Source: Tortispora ganteri
Taxonomy: Eukaryota
DNA: 64,000 bases
Direction: 5' to 3'
Assembly: GCA_003707115.1 (NCBI GenBank)
Contig: PPNB01000033.1
Location: 1-64,000, forward strand
The position numbers and the translations under genes are program-made. The notes below the pieces were generated by a model. That model was not told where the DNA came from. It saw only the letters and a program-made list of their open reading frames with translations, and did no database searches. Position 1 is the first letter of the stretch. Every line of letters begins with the position of its first letter. Of this stretch, positions 19,736-31,264 are shown piece by piece.

Positions 19736-19977
19736 AGAACTACGCTACGCGTGATCTAATTGAACTGAAAACAAGTCTGTTGAACTTATACATAATTGCA
19801 CGCAGTTGCCGTTGAGGACTGGCGCATGGTGCCACCCGCTTCTATAGCGTGCAGCGGGCGTGGAGACAGAATCTATCTGACTCATCCATTTTTGACAAAA
19901 TTAAGTTGAGAGTATTTCGTAAAATCATGCAGTTGAAGCAGTGAGAGAGGTATAGAGATAAAAAAAAAAGTGCGCCT

Positions 19978-21324
19978 TTAGTATCTGTAGTGATCGTTCT
20001 TGTAAGGACCCTCGGGAGCAATGTCAAGGTATTCGGATTGAACTTCAGTAAGAGTAGTGAGCTGGACACCAAGGTGGGCAAGATGGAGACGAGCAACAGT
20101 CTCATCCAATATCTTGGGGAGAACGTGCACACCAATCTCAAAAGGACCAGATTTGGCAAACTCAACGTGCTTGGCACGGAATTCGGCATTGTTGGCATTG
20201 TACAGAGCAATCTGAGCCAGAACTTGGTTAGTGAAAGAGCAGGACATGACAAAAGAGGAGTGTCCAGTAGCGCAACCTAAGTTGACAAGACGTCCAGAGG
20301 CCAAAAGGATGATGTGGTTGCCGTTCTTGAGAAGAAAGCGGTCGACTTGAGGCTTGATTGTAACCTTCTCGACAGCATTAGCCTCGAGCCAGGCAACATC
20401 GATTTCAACATCGAAGTGGCCAATGTTGCAAACAATAGCATCATTAGGCATAGCTTCAAAATGCGTTTGAGTAATGATGTCACGGCATCCAGTGGTAGTG
20501 ACGAAAATCTGACCAATGCTGGCGACCTTGTCGATGGGCTTGACTTCGTATCCGGAAACGGCAGCCTGGAGGGCATTGATAGGATCGATTTCAGATACAA
20601 TAACACGAGCTCCCATAGAGCGGAGAGCCATAGCGCAACCTTTACCGACATCACCAAAACCACCAACGACAGCGACCTTGCCAGCGATCATTACGTCGGT
20701 AGCACGCTTAATACCATCGATGAGAGACTCGCGGCATCCATACAAGTTGTCAAATTTTGATTTAGTAACGGAGTCGTTAACATTGATAGCAGGGACCTTA
20801 AGAGCACCGTCACGGAACATCTTGTAGAGATGGTGAACACCGGTGGTGGTCTCTTCGGAGAGACCGAAACATCCCTCAAGCATCTCAGGGTAGTTCTTGT
20901 GGACCAAAGAGGTAAGATCTCCACCGTCGTCAAGGATAAGGTTGAGGGACTTTCCATCCTTGAAAGCCTTGAGCTGCTGCTCAATACACCAGGTATACTC
21001 TTCTTCGGTCTCGCCCTTCCAGGCAAAGACTGGGACACCTGCGGCAGCAATGGCGGCAGCAGCGTGGTCCTGAGTGGAGTAGATGTTGCAAGAAGACCAG
21101 GTGACTTCAGCACCAAGAGCGACCAAGGTTTCGATAAGAACAGCAGTCTGGATGGTCATATGCAAGCAACCTGCGATGCGAGCGCCCTTGAGAGGCTGAA
21201 CGTCGGCGTAGAGACGGCGGGTTTCCATGAGACCAGGCATCTCATTCTCGGCGAGTTCAATTTCGCGGCGTCCGAAGGCGGCAAGACCAATATCGGCGAC
21301 TTTGTATGAAGCAGCGGGGGCCAT
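19978..21324 (-). CDS. SAH1: S-adenosylhomocysteine hydrolase
   Basis: [62 protein letters not shown]. Confidence 0.99.
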   Translation of the reverse strand: MAPAASYKVADIGLAAFGRREIELAENEMPGLMETRRLYADVQPLKGARIAGCLHMTIQTAVLIETLVALGAEVTWSSCNIYSTQDHAAAAIAAAGVPVFAWKGETEEEYTWCIEQQLKAFKDGKSLNLILDDGGDLTSLVHKNYPEMLEGCFGLSEETTTGVHHLYKMFRDGALKVPAINVNDSVTKSKFDNLYGCRESLIDGIKRATDVMIAGKVAVVGGFGDVGKGCAMALRSMGARVIVSEIDPINALQAAVSGYEVKPIDKVASIGQIFVTTTGCRDIITQTHFEAMPNDAIVCNIGHFDVEIDVAWLEANAVEKVTIKPQVDRFLLKNGNHIILLASGRLVNLGCATGHSSFVMSCSFTNQVLAQIALYNANNAEFRAKHVEFAKSGPFEIGVHVLPKILDETVARLHLAHLGVQLTTLTEVQSEYLDIAPEGPYKNDHYRY

Positions 21325-21457
21325 TATTGTAGTTAGTGTATTATGTACCGGGTGAGGTTTTGACTAAAGAAGAAAAAAGGGGGTTTAGTTAGCAGGGGCG
21401 CACCTTGGGATCGCAGTGCGGTAGAATTTTTCATAGTGAGAGATTAAAGTTTTAAGG

Positions 21458-21465
21458 CCGGGTAA
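21458..21465 (-). promoter_or_regulatory. Reb1-like site in the SAH1/MIX23 divergent promoter
   Basis: CCGGGTAA; an RRPE-like GAATTTTTCA lies just to its left (~21424). Confidence 0.5.
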
Positions 21466-21712
21466 CAGTTATTGAATGGAGTATGTTTTCTTATACGGCA
21501 GAGGAAGAAGGCCTATATGATTGGGGTTATATTAGGCCACAGAAAGCAATTCACAAAGCAGGCAAAGATTTTGTGAATATGCAGGTTAGTTGATTGTGTA
21601 GTGTAACGAAGATAAAGAAATGACAATCGGAGTAGCCCACAGTAGTGTAGGTGTAGAGCCTGTTGGGAGCAAATGGCGACAATTCTAGGAATCGAGACAG
21701 GACCGAACAGCT

Positions 21713-22225
21713 ATGGCTAATGCAAGACGCAACGATATGCCTATAACGGCAGGCAACTGTTACGATTATATGATGATTCGGTCATTTTTGCGGTCCGCGC
21801 GGCGAATTGATGACCTGCTGCCGAATGATGTGAACACGATGCCGAAACCTAGCGGCGTCGCGGGAACGCCTGGGAAACCACGGTTTCTGTGTGAGCAGTA
21901 CATCTATGAGAAGCTTTTTCCGACGTATAGGAGCCGAGACGCGGTGTTGAATATGTGTGAAGAGGTGGCACAGCAGAATAAACAGGCAGCAGCGGCCCCT
22001 GCGGTGGAACAGACCGCAAAGGTCGATCCGCGGATCGATCCATACGGATCAAGACACCTAGAAGGACCCAGCCGGGAGGATGCCATTCTGGAGTGGGTAT
22101 GGAAAGAACGGCAGGTGGAGGATATTATCCGGAATACATCATTCGGTCTGCTATCGGAGAAGTGCATTGACTGCAGCAGTGACTGGAAGAGCATGTACAG
22201 GGCATGGGGGCGATATGTGGACTGA
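21713..22225 (+). CDS. MIX23: Mitochondrial intermembrane-space protein Mix23 (Cid2/CCDC58 family)
   Basis: C...FLRSARRIDD, RDAVLNMC, DPRIDPYG, VEDIIR...C. Confidence 0.82.
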   Translation: MANARRNDMPITAGNCYDYMMIRSFLRSARRIDDLLPNDVNTMPKPSGVAGTPGKPRFLCEQYIYEKLFPTYRSRDAVLNMCEEVAQQNKQAAAAPAVEQTAKVDPRIDPYGSRHLEGPSREDAILEWVWKERQVEDIIRNTSFGLLSEKCIDCSSDWKSMYRAWGRYVD

Positions 22226-22367
22226 TTGACGAGGCCACCGGCGTTGGCGGCGAGAGGCGGAAGGGGCCCCTACGGTTGGGACATCAAACCCGCATCCCAT
22301 ACAGAGAGAAGAAAAAAAGAAGAAAAAAAAAGACATACCAACGTTGCACAGAGACAAACGGCGATTG

Positions 22368-23315
22368 ATGAGTGTGAGCAAGGCGTTACAAAAAGCAAAA
22401 GAGCAGCTAGATTTGTCACAACCGGAACTCGCAGAAGGCGAGCTGCTTAGTTGGCTAGCTAAAGAGCCAGACAATGTCGAGTTGCTGCAAATGATCGGCG
22501 AAGTGTACTTTGAAGAAGCACGCACTGAAGACGGTTTCAAAGCATTTGCTAAGGCGGCAGAACTGGATAACGACGGAATTTACGGGTTCGAAAAGTTTTT
22601 ATGGCTAGGTCAGCTTACAGGCGGCCGCGAGTCAGCCAGGTGGTATACTAAGGGTATCGAGGGGCTACGGCGGACCCCTGAATCAAAAGATAAGCTCTGC
22701 GATGCGCTCATCAGCATGATAGAACTCTGGATGACAGATCTGTGCTTTGAACCGGAAGCTGAGTCTGAATGCGAAAAACTTATTACAGAGGCGCTGGCAA
22801 TTGACGATAACAACGCAGCTGTCTGGTCCACGCTTGGGTCAATACGTATTAGCCAGAACCGGATTGACGAGGCCAAAAAGGCTCTTTTACGCAGCCTAGA
22901 AATATATTCTAACGAAGAAGACCCGCAGATTGAAGGATTGCTGCCTTTGGCGCGCATGTGTATTGAAATAAGCATGTTCGAAGAGGCTATTCAGGTAACG
23001 TCAACGATTAGCTCTATTGACGATGAGATCGTCGAGGCATGGTACTTAGAGGCTATGGCATACAATGAAGCCCGGCTCGAAATGGAACAGAAAAGTGACA
23101 CAAGTGCTGAAATTATCGAAACGCTTATTCAGGGTGCCAGCGCAGCCCTGTTGTCGGCGCACGCTCTTATTCAGCAAGGCCACGAGTGCGACGAAATCTT
23201 GCTCCAGGACATTACTCAGCTGATGGATGACCTCAAGGTCGAACCTGACCAAAAAGAACAGGAAAGCGAAGGCGAAGATGTAGACATTGAAGAGATTAAC
23301 GTCGAATCAGACTGA
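22368..23315 (+). CDS. ACL4: TPR protein, assembly chaperone of Rpl4
   Basis: EKFLWLGQL.GG, IELWMTDLCFEPEAESECE, LGSIRISQ, acidic tail. ATG at 22368. Confidence 0.88.
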   Translation: MSVSKALQKAKEQLDLSQPELAEGELLSWLAKEPDNVELLQMIGEVYFEEARTEDGFKAFAKAAELDNDGIYGFEKFLWLGQLTGGRESARWYTKGIEGLRRTPESKDKLCDALISMIELWMTDLCFEPEAESECEKLITEALAIDDNNAAVWSTLGSIRISQNRIDEAKKALLRSLEIYSNEEDPQIEGLLPLARMCIEISMFEEAIQVTSTISSIDDEIVEAWYLEAMAYNEARLEMEQKSDTSAEIIETLIQGASAALLSAHALIQQGHECDEILLQDITQLMDDLKVEPDQKEQESEGEDVDIEEINVESD

Positions 23316-23510
23316 TATTTTATTCATTTATATTGTCTATACTTCTACCACCATTGTGGCTTTTATATCCCAAATCTTGCTGGGAGTTGCTCGACCTTCG
23401 TTTTACTTCTCCCTCTCCCCAGCAGCCTTGCTTAAGGCCCTTCAAACTCCTGTATAGGTAGCACCACCTCGCCTTTTTTTATCCATTATTTATTACATAT
23501 TTATTTTGCA

Positions 23511-26500
23511 ATGACAGAATCTGTTTATTCTGACGATGAATCGCCGCGACCGCTGACTAAAGGCGATGATACTTCTTCATCAAAGCATGAACATGAGAAT
23601 TTACCAGAAAACCCCGATTCGCCTAGACAATCCAGTCACGCACAGCAAACTTCATCAAACAAATGTAAATCGGTGTTTCGAAATATAATGATTTTTATAT
23701 CTAATTATATAGGCAGTAAGTTTACGCCTTTGAACTGGCAAGATTTGATCAGATGCGGTATTCCACTCTGGATCGGATTCATGTTCATGAACATTCCAAC
23801 TACTGCCCATTACTTCAGCGTGGTAGTGTTCCTGAGCCCGATTATGGCAGCAGTTCTTGCTCCATCGGCGCCATACGTATTGATGACTATGATACTGATG
23901 CTCACGCTCACATGTGCTCTGTGGTCAATGGCTGTGAACGTCGCCGCCCAGGGGATTGCGTACAGGCTACGAGGTGGTCATGACGTCTCTTACTATATAC
24001 AGCAGGCGACTGATTTTTATAACTGTACAGCTGTAAATGCTGATGAATGCTTTCTGAAAGCAATACATGAAGGCTATTTCCTTCAAACAAACGTATCAGC
24101 AATATACTTGGCTGCGCTCTTCATCGATGTATCCTGTCTCATCTACCTGAAGGGTTTGAATCGCATGTTTATTCCAGCAGCTATAATTGGTATTATTATT
24201 GGTTCTGTTTGCAACACGTTTAGTCCTTTGTTTCCACAGTTCTTCCCTGATCTGCCGATAATGATGCTCAAAGCTGCAGGAATTGAGTTGGCTCTTATAT
24301 TTGTCTGCTCTCTGATTATATTCCCAAAAACCATCAATAGCATGCTAGTTAAAAATTTAATTACGATATCTTCTTCATTGACAAATATCGTATCTATTCA
24401 CAGAGACTGCCTCGAGGCCTCTGTCGCTTCAGAGCAATTTGCCAAGTACGTGGACGCCGATGAGATCGGTAAATCAACTGCTCCTGTGATAGGTCAATTA
24501 AGGGCATTCATTCCATTTGCATCTAGTGAATTGTCTTTTTGTCGGTTAAGTGATCCTGAAATTGGTTCAATAGCCGATCCGCTGTTTAAAATTGTTCTCA
24601 GATTATCGTCCGTGAAATTGTTTTTTCAGAATTTACATGACCGCCAGATATCTCGACAGAGATCAGCCTCTATCTCAGAAATCCTTCACAGAAGAACATC
24701 TTTATCTTCAAAAGGTTCTAATTCTGTTCGTTCGAAGCTTTATCGCGCGCTGCATAAGTCATACGGACCTGTTGGTGAGATCGATTACCTTCATGAATTC
24801 GATATTGATCTCGATTTAACCAAGTTTCCAACGGATCGATTGGACCATATTATAACAGTTGTTAGAGAAAGTTGTGGTGATTGTGTAACTGCTGCAGCTG
24901 ATGCTATTGCGCTTTGCACTGAATGGCTGAGGGAAGTCGATAGAGATCGTCTTTTCACATGGATTTTTCGCAGAACGACTCGCCGCCAAAAAGAATTAGC
25001 AAGACAGGTCGTACAAGCTCGATCTCGGCTGAAGGATGCTTTAGCAGAATTTGAGAATAATAAGTCAGGAATAATGATTCGCCTTTACAGGGAGGGATTG
25101 TTTGAGCATGATCTGTTTACGATGGCCCATGGCTTTCTATATCAGGTCTATGCAGAAGAAGCAATCCGCAAAATGCTTGAAATCATGGACCGCATGATGG
25201 AAATCGACGCAAAACATCCAGAACCTCGATTGAACTTCCCTAAATTTGCGTCTTTCTATAAAAATATATCCGAGTTTCAAAGTCCTGAAGACTTAGGATT
25301 AGAGGGTACAACATTAATAACTAAAAAGCATGCTCAACGAAGAGACGCTGATGCCCTTCCTCCGAAAACTTTTTGGCATTTAATTGGTCGAAAAATTCAT
25401 GCATTCTACAACTCTTTTTTTTCTGACGATGTTATGTTTTCGGTCAAACTAGGACTGGCTGCTGTGCTTTGCGCCCTCCCGGCAGTTTTCAAGTCAACCG
25501 CACATTTTTTCCTTGCTAATAGAGGTATTTGGGCTTTGATTATGGCAGGACTTACGGCTACACGATCTACAGGACAGACAATTGGTGGAGTAATTACTCG
25601 TATTATTGCTACTTTTGTTGGTTCTCTAGCTGGAATGATTGCCTGGTACATATCTGCTGGCAACTCGAAAAGCCCGACAAGTGTAGCTCCATTATGGGGA
25701 TTTGGTGCTACCACATTTGTTTGCTCATGGTTTTTAATGTATTTCAGACTTCATTACAAAGCCAAAAATCCGATGCCTAATATACTACTACCCATATCTT
25801 TTGTGTTGGTTATGGGTTTAAGTTTTGCTGCCGTTAGGATATCAAGTATATTTCCAGTGATACCTGCAGGTTATACTGTGGCTTGGAAGAGATTTGTAAT
25901 TGTCACTATTGGTGTTGCAATTGGATTTCTGGTATCTATATTTCCACATCCAAATACCAGCAAATCATTCATTCGCAAGACTCTTGGAGACGTCATTGAT
26001 AGCATTGCTAAAAGTCACAGTGACCTTCTGGGATTCACATTATCTAAAGTTCAAAATCCGGCTTGTCTTCCGCTTAAATCTCTAGCAGATGAATTCCTCT
26101 ACACATCATATATGATTGGAACAGTGCGAGAAGAGATGTTATATGTACCATATGAACCCTCACTCGATGGACCATGGCCAGCTAAAACTTACAATCGTGT
26201 TGTGACTTTAGCATCAGAGGCCAATTCCTTACTCAGTTTAATTTATTCCATGATTCAGCGATTTGACTCGTCTGAATGGCTAGCTCATTGTATTGAAACT
26301 TCGGGTCTGAGAGACAAAACGTTTGCAGGTGCTGAGTTTTCAATGCTTTTTATGATGTCGCGTGCTTTATTATTGAATGCTCCTATTCCCCAAGTGACGC
26401 CTGCTCCACTTGTTCCTCGCTTTATTGAACTTGTTACTACAAGTGCTGCGAAACTACAAGCTACGGATGGAACTGCATTGACAGGCCTACCGGAAGATGA

Positions 26501-27008
26501 GGAAGAAGACATTACAGAGAAGATGCAAAATGATTTTACAGATAGTAATCTGACTACTTCTCCTGCACAGCGTGCTACAATGTCTGTTCCAGCTTTTGGA
26601 ACAGCATTACAGTCCACCAAGTCTTTTGGCACCGCCACAGGCTCTGCTCTTGAGCGTGTTTGGACTTCTTCTGGTGCTCGACATCACAAACGTCGTCTTC
26701 GCGCGTATAGTGATGTCTCTTATAAAGAAAGGCTTGAAAAGTTATCGGCAGATGAAAGAAATCATTACGGTAACTGGGAATTCTATCTGGACAAGTATCC
26801 TATTTTGTTTGCCGATAAAAAGATTACTCCTGAACTAGCTAAAAGCAAGAACTTTCGATACTACGCTGCTAATGTCATTTTAGATATGACATTTTATGAC
26901 CATATTGACCGACTAATGCTTTATATCAAAGCTCTAGTGGGAGAAGTATACGAGAACCCTCAGTTGTATAACGATTTATGGGATAAAATTACAAGTGATA
27001 TGGTATAA
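23511..27008 (+). CDS. Large multi-pass membrane protein, ArAE_2/FUSC-like (YGL140C/BRE4 group)
   Basis: Two TM clusters; RRDADALPP, NRGIWALIM, RIIATFVG..GMIAWYI, AWKRF, EPSLDGPWP..Y. Confidence 0.8.
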   Translation: MTESVYSDDESPRPLTKGDDTSSSKHEHENLPENPDSPRQSSHAQQTSSNKCKSVFRNIMIFISNYIGSKFTPLNWQDLIRCGIPLWIGFMFMNIPTTAHYFSVVVFLSPIMAAVLAPSAPYVLMTMILMLTLTCALWSMAVNVAAQGIAYRLRGGHDVSYYIQQATDFYNCTAVNADECFLKAIHEGYFLQTNVSAIYLAALFIDVSCLIYLKGLNRMFIPAAIIGIIIGSVCNTFSPLFPQFFPDLPIMMLKAAGIELALIFVCSLIIFPKTINSMLVKNLITISSSLTNIVSIHRDCLEASVASEQFAKYVDADEIGKSTAPVIGQLRAFIPFASSELSFCRLSDPEIGSIADPLFKIVLRLSSVKLFFQNLHDRQISRQRSASISEILHRRTSLSSKGSNSVRSKLYRALHKSYGPVGEIDYLHEFDIDLDLTKFPTDRLDHIITVVRESCGDCVTAAADAIALCTEWLREVDRDRLFTWIFRRTTRRQKELARQVVQARSRLKDALAEFENNKSGIMIRLYREGLFEHDLFTMAHGFLYQVYAEEAIRKMLEIMDRMMEIDAKHPEPRLNFPKFASFYKNISEFQSPEDLGLEGTTLITKKHAQRRDADALPPKTFWHLIGRKIHAFYNSFFSDDVMFSVKLGLAAVLCALPAVFKSTAHFFLANRGIWALIMAGLTATRSTGQTIGGVITRIIATFVGSLAGMIAWYISAGNSKSPTSVAPLWGFGATTFVCSWFLMYFRLHYKAKNPMPNILLPISFVLVMGLSFAAVRISSIFPVIPAGYTVAWKRFVIVTIGVAIGFLVSIFPHPNTSKSFIRKTLGDVIDSIAKSHSDLLGFTLSKVQNPACLPLKSLADEFLYTSYMIGTVREEMLYVPYEPSLDGPWPAKTYNRVVTLASEANSLLSLIYSMIQRFDSSEWLAHCIETSGLRDKTFAGAEFSMLFMMSRALLLNAPIPQVTPAPLVPRFIELVTTSAAKLQATDGTALTGLPEDEEEDITEKMQNDFTDSNLTTSPAQRATMSVPAFGTALQSTKSFGTATGSALERVWTSSGARHHKRRLRAYSDVSYKERLEKLSADERNHYGNWEFYLDKYPILFADKKITPELAKSKNFRYYAANVILDMTFYDHIDRLMLYIKALVGEVYENPQLYNDLWDKITSDMV

Positions 27009-27105
27009 TGCTAACTTGTTATGCATCTGAATAAAATGGAGTATTATATTTCTGTTTTGAATTATTAAGCTGCCATAATATTCTTATAATGTGGAAAATC
27101 TCAGT

Positions 27106-28542
27106 CTAAAGAGCAACAGCGATTAGAGTGACAACAGCGAGCCAACTAGATATAGACGGTTTATATTTCAAAGCCTCACTGGCCTTTTTGTTTCCCGTAG
27201 CTTTGGTACTGCTGCTTTTTTTATCTGATTTTACGTTTTTTTTTTCAACAGAAGAGGGGCTTGTTTCTTGAACATCGTATACAGGAATGATACTAGTATC
27301 TGTCCAATGGACTCCGTTCGTGTTGATAATGTTACATTTTGACGCTCTCAATGAGGGCTTGACAAATCTGCCGCGCTTTACTTCTACCCCATTATCGATA
27401 AGATCTGCTGCAATATCGGGTCCCGAATCAGCCATTTCAAGGTGCTTATATAATACCGGACACTTATTTGGTTTTTCAGGTGCTGGTAAAGTAGCAGGGA
27501 CTTTAGGGATAGTGTCAAGAAAAAGAGCGCCCAAAGTCATGAAATCAGGAAGAAGTTGTGCTGTGCAGGTACTGTCATCAAGCTTAACTATTCCATAATT
27601 GTTAGCTTCCATGGAATATTCATAAGCAATTCCGCCCGAGAATACATCTGCCATGGTTGTGAAAAGATCAGGAATTTCTCCGAAAGTTCTTGGTTGAACT
27701 TCATTGCATCCAAATTCCGAATAAAATACAGGAACCTTTGTGTTGGCATATGACGCTTTCAGTTTATCGAGACCTGATTTCTCGTATGTTGTTTCACCGC
27801 ACCATTGGTAGCTGTTTATACCAAAAAAGTCGGCGATTTCATCCTCGTCCCCGCAAGTCAAATACTCGAAGAGCTCTTCTCTCAATTCAAAAACATCTGC
27901 ATTAGAGTAGCCAACGGGAATTTTTCTCTCCAAATTTTCAGCAATATAGTCTTTAAGATCCTTTATGACTGCTTTCATAGTCTGGTGAGCATACGGAGAA
28001 GTTTTTTCCTTGTTATCGCTAATAACCTCATTGCCTGCTATGTAAGCGAGTGTATTGGTGTAAGTGGAAAACTGATCAACGACTTTGAAGATATGCTCCA
28101 AGTATGCAGTGGTATATGTTTCCCAGGGGCTTGCGCGATTGATATGCTGACCGTACACTGGCGAGTTGACATCGAGTATGAGGTAAATTCCGGCTGCGGC
28201 CAATAGAGACATACATTCATCATGATTGAGATCAGGATTAACAGAGTATACTCTAACAGTATTGACTCCGAGTTCTTGGAATATAGCTATATCTCTAGCA
28301 CAGGTCTCAATATCGGATAGGGGATCGTGTTTGCCGTCAAATGCGCTAGATCCTCCTGGCTGATATGCGATACCTTTAATATAGAAAGGCTCTTTGGTTT
28401 CACTGTTGATAAAATGTCTGCCATATATTTCTATAGCAGGGATGGTATCTGTATTGATTGATGCAGCAGCTGAAGTCACGGCGCCTTGGTTCGCATAGGC
28501 TGAGACAACAGTGGCGATTATGAGCGACAAGTGTGTCCGCAT
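27106..28542 (-). CDS. GH72 1,3-beta-glucanosyltransferase (Gas family, no X8 domain), GPI-anchored
   Basis: Signal peptide from ATG 28542; FYIKGIAYQP, GVNTVRVY, AGNEV, YSEFGCN, SGGIAYEY; hydrophobic C-terminus. Confidence 0.95.
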   Translation of the reverse strand: MRTHLSLIIATVVSAYANQGAVTSAAASINTDTIPAIEIYGRHFINSETKEPFYIKGIAYQPGGSSAFDGKHDPLSDIETCARDIAIFQELGVNTVRVYSVNPDLNHDECMSLLAAAGIYLILDVNSPVYGQHINRASPWETYTTAYLEHIFKVVDQFSTYTNTLAYIAGNEVISDNKEKTSPYAHQTMKAVIKDLKDYIAENLERKIPVGYSNADVFELREELFEYLTCGDEDEIADFFGINSYQWCGETTYEKSGLDKLKASYANTKVPVFYSEFGCNEVQPRTFGEIPDLFTTMADVFSGGIAYEYSMEANNYGIVKLDDSTCTAQLLPDFMTLGALFLDTIPKVPATLPAPEKPNKCPVLYKHLEMADSGPDIAADLIDNGVEVKRGRFVKPSLRASKCNIINTNGVHWTDTSIIPVYDVQETSPSSVEKKNVKSDKKSSSTKATGNKKASEALKYKPSISSWLAVVTLIAVAL

Positions 28543-29625
28543 ATTTATTTTCTGGTTTGTTTTTATCTGTGTATTTTTTATGCGTGGCAACTTATGCCTA
28601 GGTTTTATCCTTACAATTAGGAGAGCAGATAGTGTGATTTATATACCATGATACCGAAATTTATAATTTGTGTTTACGCGGAAAGAGGGTCTGATAATTT
28701 TTGTCACTCAGCCATTTTGCTCGTTTCATTTAACGGGGTATGTAGTGCTCTGTTTACTGCTATTGGTATATTGGCGCGCGAGAAATTCAGGGTCCTCGTA
28801 TACCAGCGAAGGATGATGTTACAACTGCTGTTTATGGAAGATACGGCCACATCAATTTCTTGGCATTGCTACCTGAAAAGTGACAAGAGTTTTTTAATTC
28901 TCTTAACAGAATAGTCGATATTTATTATTCTCTAGTTTTGAGTTTGGTTTAGTAATTGGCTTGATTTTACTAGACCTGAGCTAAGCCATGTTCTGATAAC
29001 GTTTATTGGTGACTAGACTTCTGCTTTTGCATGTTTAATTAGCAGTCAAAGACTTGTCAACTAAGTTTGTTACTCTTTAATATTTACTGTGATGCTCGTT
29101 AGACGGACTTGATATAGGTTTACGATAAGGAAGCTAATCGATAAGTTGCAGTGATCTTTGTTCAAGGTGTTGATGACTTAAATCATTTATTTGGAGTGCA
29201 TTAATAGCCACGGAATAACAGATTATGTTGTTTAATTATTGGTTATTGTTGTACTATAATCACGATAACATCTACTTCCATGCGACAGATATCACAATGA
29301 AAATATTTTGCCGTTATGGATTTATGTGTAGCCTAGCATTACATCTAGAGTGATATTGTAATGCCTTCAAACTATATCGAAGGTATTTAAAACTATATAA
29401 TGATATTTATTATAAATAACATAACGACCAAGGTATATGTTTTACAGATATATTATCGATAAATATTTGAGAAAGTATCGATTCGATTTATTACGTACGA
29501 ATAAACCTTAAACCGATTAAAGTTTAACACTAAACAAAACGAACCGAAGTCATAACTATTGTTTAAACAAAAGCCAAACATAAATAAATTAGAGAACTCC
29601 ACAAATAAAGGTATCCTTATCTCAA

Positions 29626-31053
29626 ATGATACCATGGCAATTCCTTGCGGCATGGTCATTTGGATATATTCACCCAGATGAACATATTCAAGGGATGGAT
29701 ATGGGCATACATTCTTACTGGCATTCACGTGTACCGTGGGAATTCTCTAAAAAGAGCGTCAGATCTATTTCACTGGTTCATCTTTATTACGGGCTCCCCG
29801 CTGCAATTGCTGCCTTTTTCGAATCTCCTTTGCTATATTTCTTTCTCGTGCGCCTCTTTTGGCTGCTTTTAGTCATCTTAACAGGGCGCTTGATCCGCGC
29901 ACATAACCCGGACGGCGCGCGAGGCTACTATACCTCTTACTTGGCTTGTTGTCTCTCGACTCGATCTCTCTCAAACGGCATTGAGTCCTTTTTGCTTATA
30001 TGGTGTCTTAGCCTTCTTCCTTATAAATCCTACAAGTCTCGATTCCTTCTCGGCAGCTTAGCTGGCCTTGGCCTATCAACTCGCCCAACGTTCCCTGCTT
30101 TCCTCCTACTCCCTGTTCTTAGCCATTTCCGCAGCTTCTTCTCTATGACTACGGCCGGTGCTCTGCTCGGATTTGCGCTTGTTCTTAACTGTGTTTTTCT
30201 CCTCGACTCCTTACAGGTAGATTATCTCAACTTCTCCCTCTTGAATAACATTCAGTATAACACAAACACACACAACCTCTCCCTCCACGGCCTGCATCCA
30301 TTTTACACTCATCTTTTCGTCAATATACCAACGCTTTTGGGACCTGGTTTGGCCTTTATAGATATGAAGAATTTAAAAAAGCATTGGAGGTTTATTTCCT
30401 CAGGAATATCGGGTACCTTGCTGTTATCGTTTATTCCGCACCAAGAAACCAGGTTCATGATCCCTGCTGCTACCGCACTATGTGCCACATTCGACATTTC
30501 CTCTACAAAGTTCCGTCGCTCGCTTTTTTATTTTTGGATTGCATATAACTTGATTGCTGGACTGGTCTACTCCTTCCACCAAGGCGGCATCATACCAGCA
30601 CAACTATACCTCGCCCGCGACCCTCCAATATCTATGATATGGTGGAAAACTTACTCGGCGCCTATGTGGCCTCTAGGCCCCGTGCCTGGTTCAATTAACG
30701 CTTTTCAGCCAGAAGACTCTACTTTACTGGTAAGAGAACAGCCTGTATACTTTCACTCCTCTAAATATTTCCTTGCTTCAGAAGAAAAAGAGTTAGGATC
30801 ACCAGCTAGATATATCTTTGACATGTATGGCTCTTCGGTTGAATCTGTCATAAAAGCTATAGATGATACTTTTTCAATTGGATCTGTTGTATTGATTACT
30901 CCAAGCTCCTCAGATATATCTGAGATTCCTTACAACCTGACTGTTATCTGGTCTACTATATTTCACTTGAACCTGGACGGCCTCATTGATTCAGTAATGC
31001 CACCTGGTCTGGCTATCTATAGAATCGACGCTAATCACTCTGAAATTAGTTGA
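29626..31053 (+). CDS. SMP3: GPI mannosyltransferase 4 (PIG-Z)
   Basis: YIHPDEHIQ, PWEF, TRSLSNGIE, RPTFPAF, NL.LHGLHP, PHQETRF, HQGG, WWKTYSAP.W. Confidence 0.92.
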   Translation: MIPWQFLAAWSFGYIHPDEHIQGMDMGIHSYWHSRVPWEFSKKSVRSISLVHLYYGLPAAIAAFFESPLLYFFLVRLFWLLLVILTGRLIRAHNPDGARGYYTSYLACCLSTRSLSNGIESFLLIWCLSLLPYKSYKSRFLLGSLAGLGLSTRPTFPAFLLLPVLSHFRSFFSMTTAGALLGFALVLNCVFLLDSLQVDYLNFSLLNNIQYNTNTHNLSLHGLHPFYTHLFVNIPTLLGPGLAFIDMKNLKKHWRFISSGISGTLLLSFIPHQETRFMIPAATALCATFDISSTKFRRSLFYFWIAYNLIAGLVYSFHQGGIIPAQLYLARDPPISMIWWKTYSAPMWPLGPVPGSINAFQPEDSTLLVREQPVYFHSSKYFLASEEKELGSPARYIFDMYGSSVESVIKAIDDTFSIGSVVLITPSSSDISEIPYNLTVIWSTIFHLNLDGLIDSVMPPGLAIYRIDANHSEIS

Positions 31054-31264
31054 CTAAAAACGTAAATTAATCATTAAAATAATTTACATCCTAATTAGCA
31101 TTGTATTTCCTTCCATATCAGAAAGGAATAAATAAATAAGCATGGTCATTGATAAAAAGAACATCGTACACTTTCCGAATAGCTCGTGCGTCAAGTAGAA
31201 CGCAGGCACTTTTATTGTCATCATAAGCCGCAAAACCTCAATCATTTTTTCATTATGTATTCTC

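Noticed and set aside
19990..21309. Long antisense and alternate-frame ORFs over SAH1 (also over amidase, ADE6, EDE1, MED13)
   Set aside because: Shadow ORFs expected from codon bias in real genes; no recognisable motifs.
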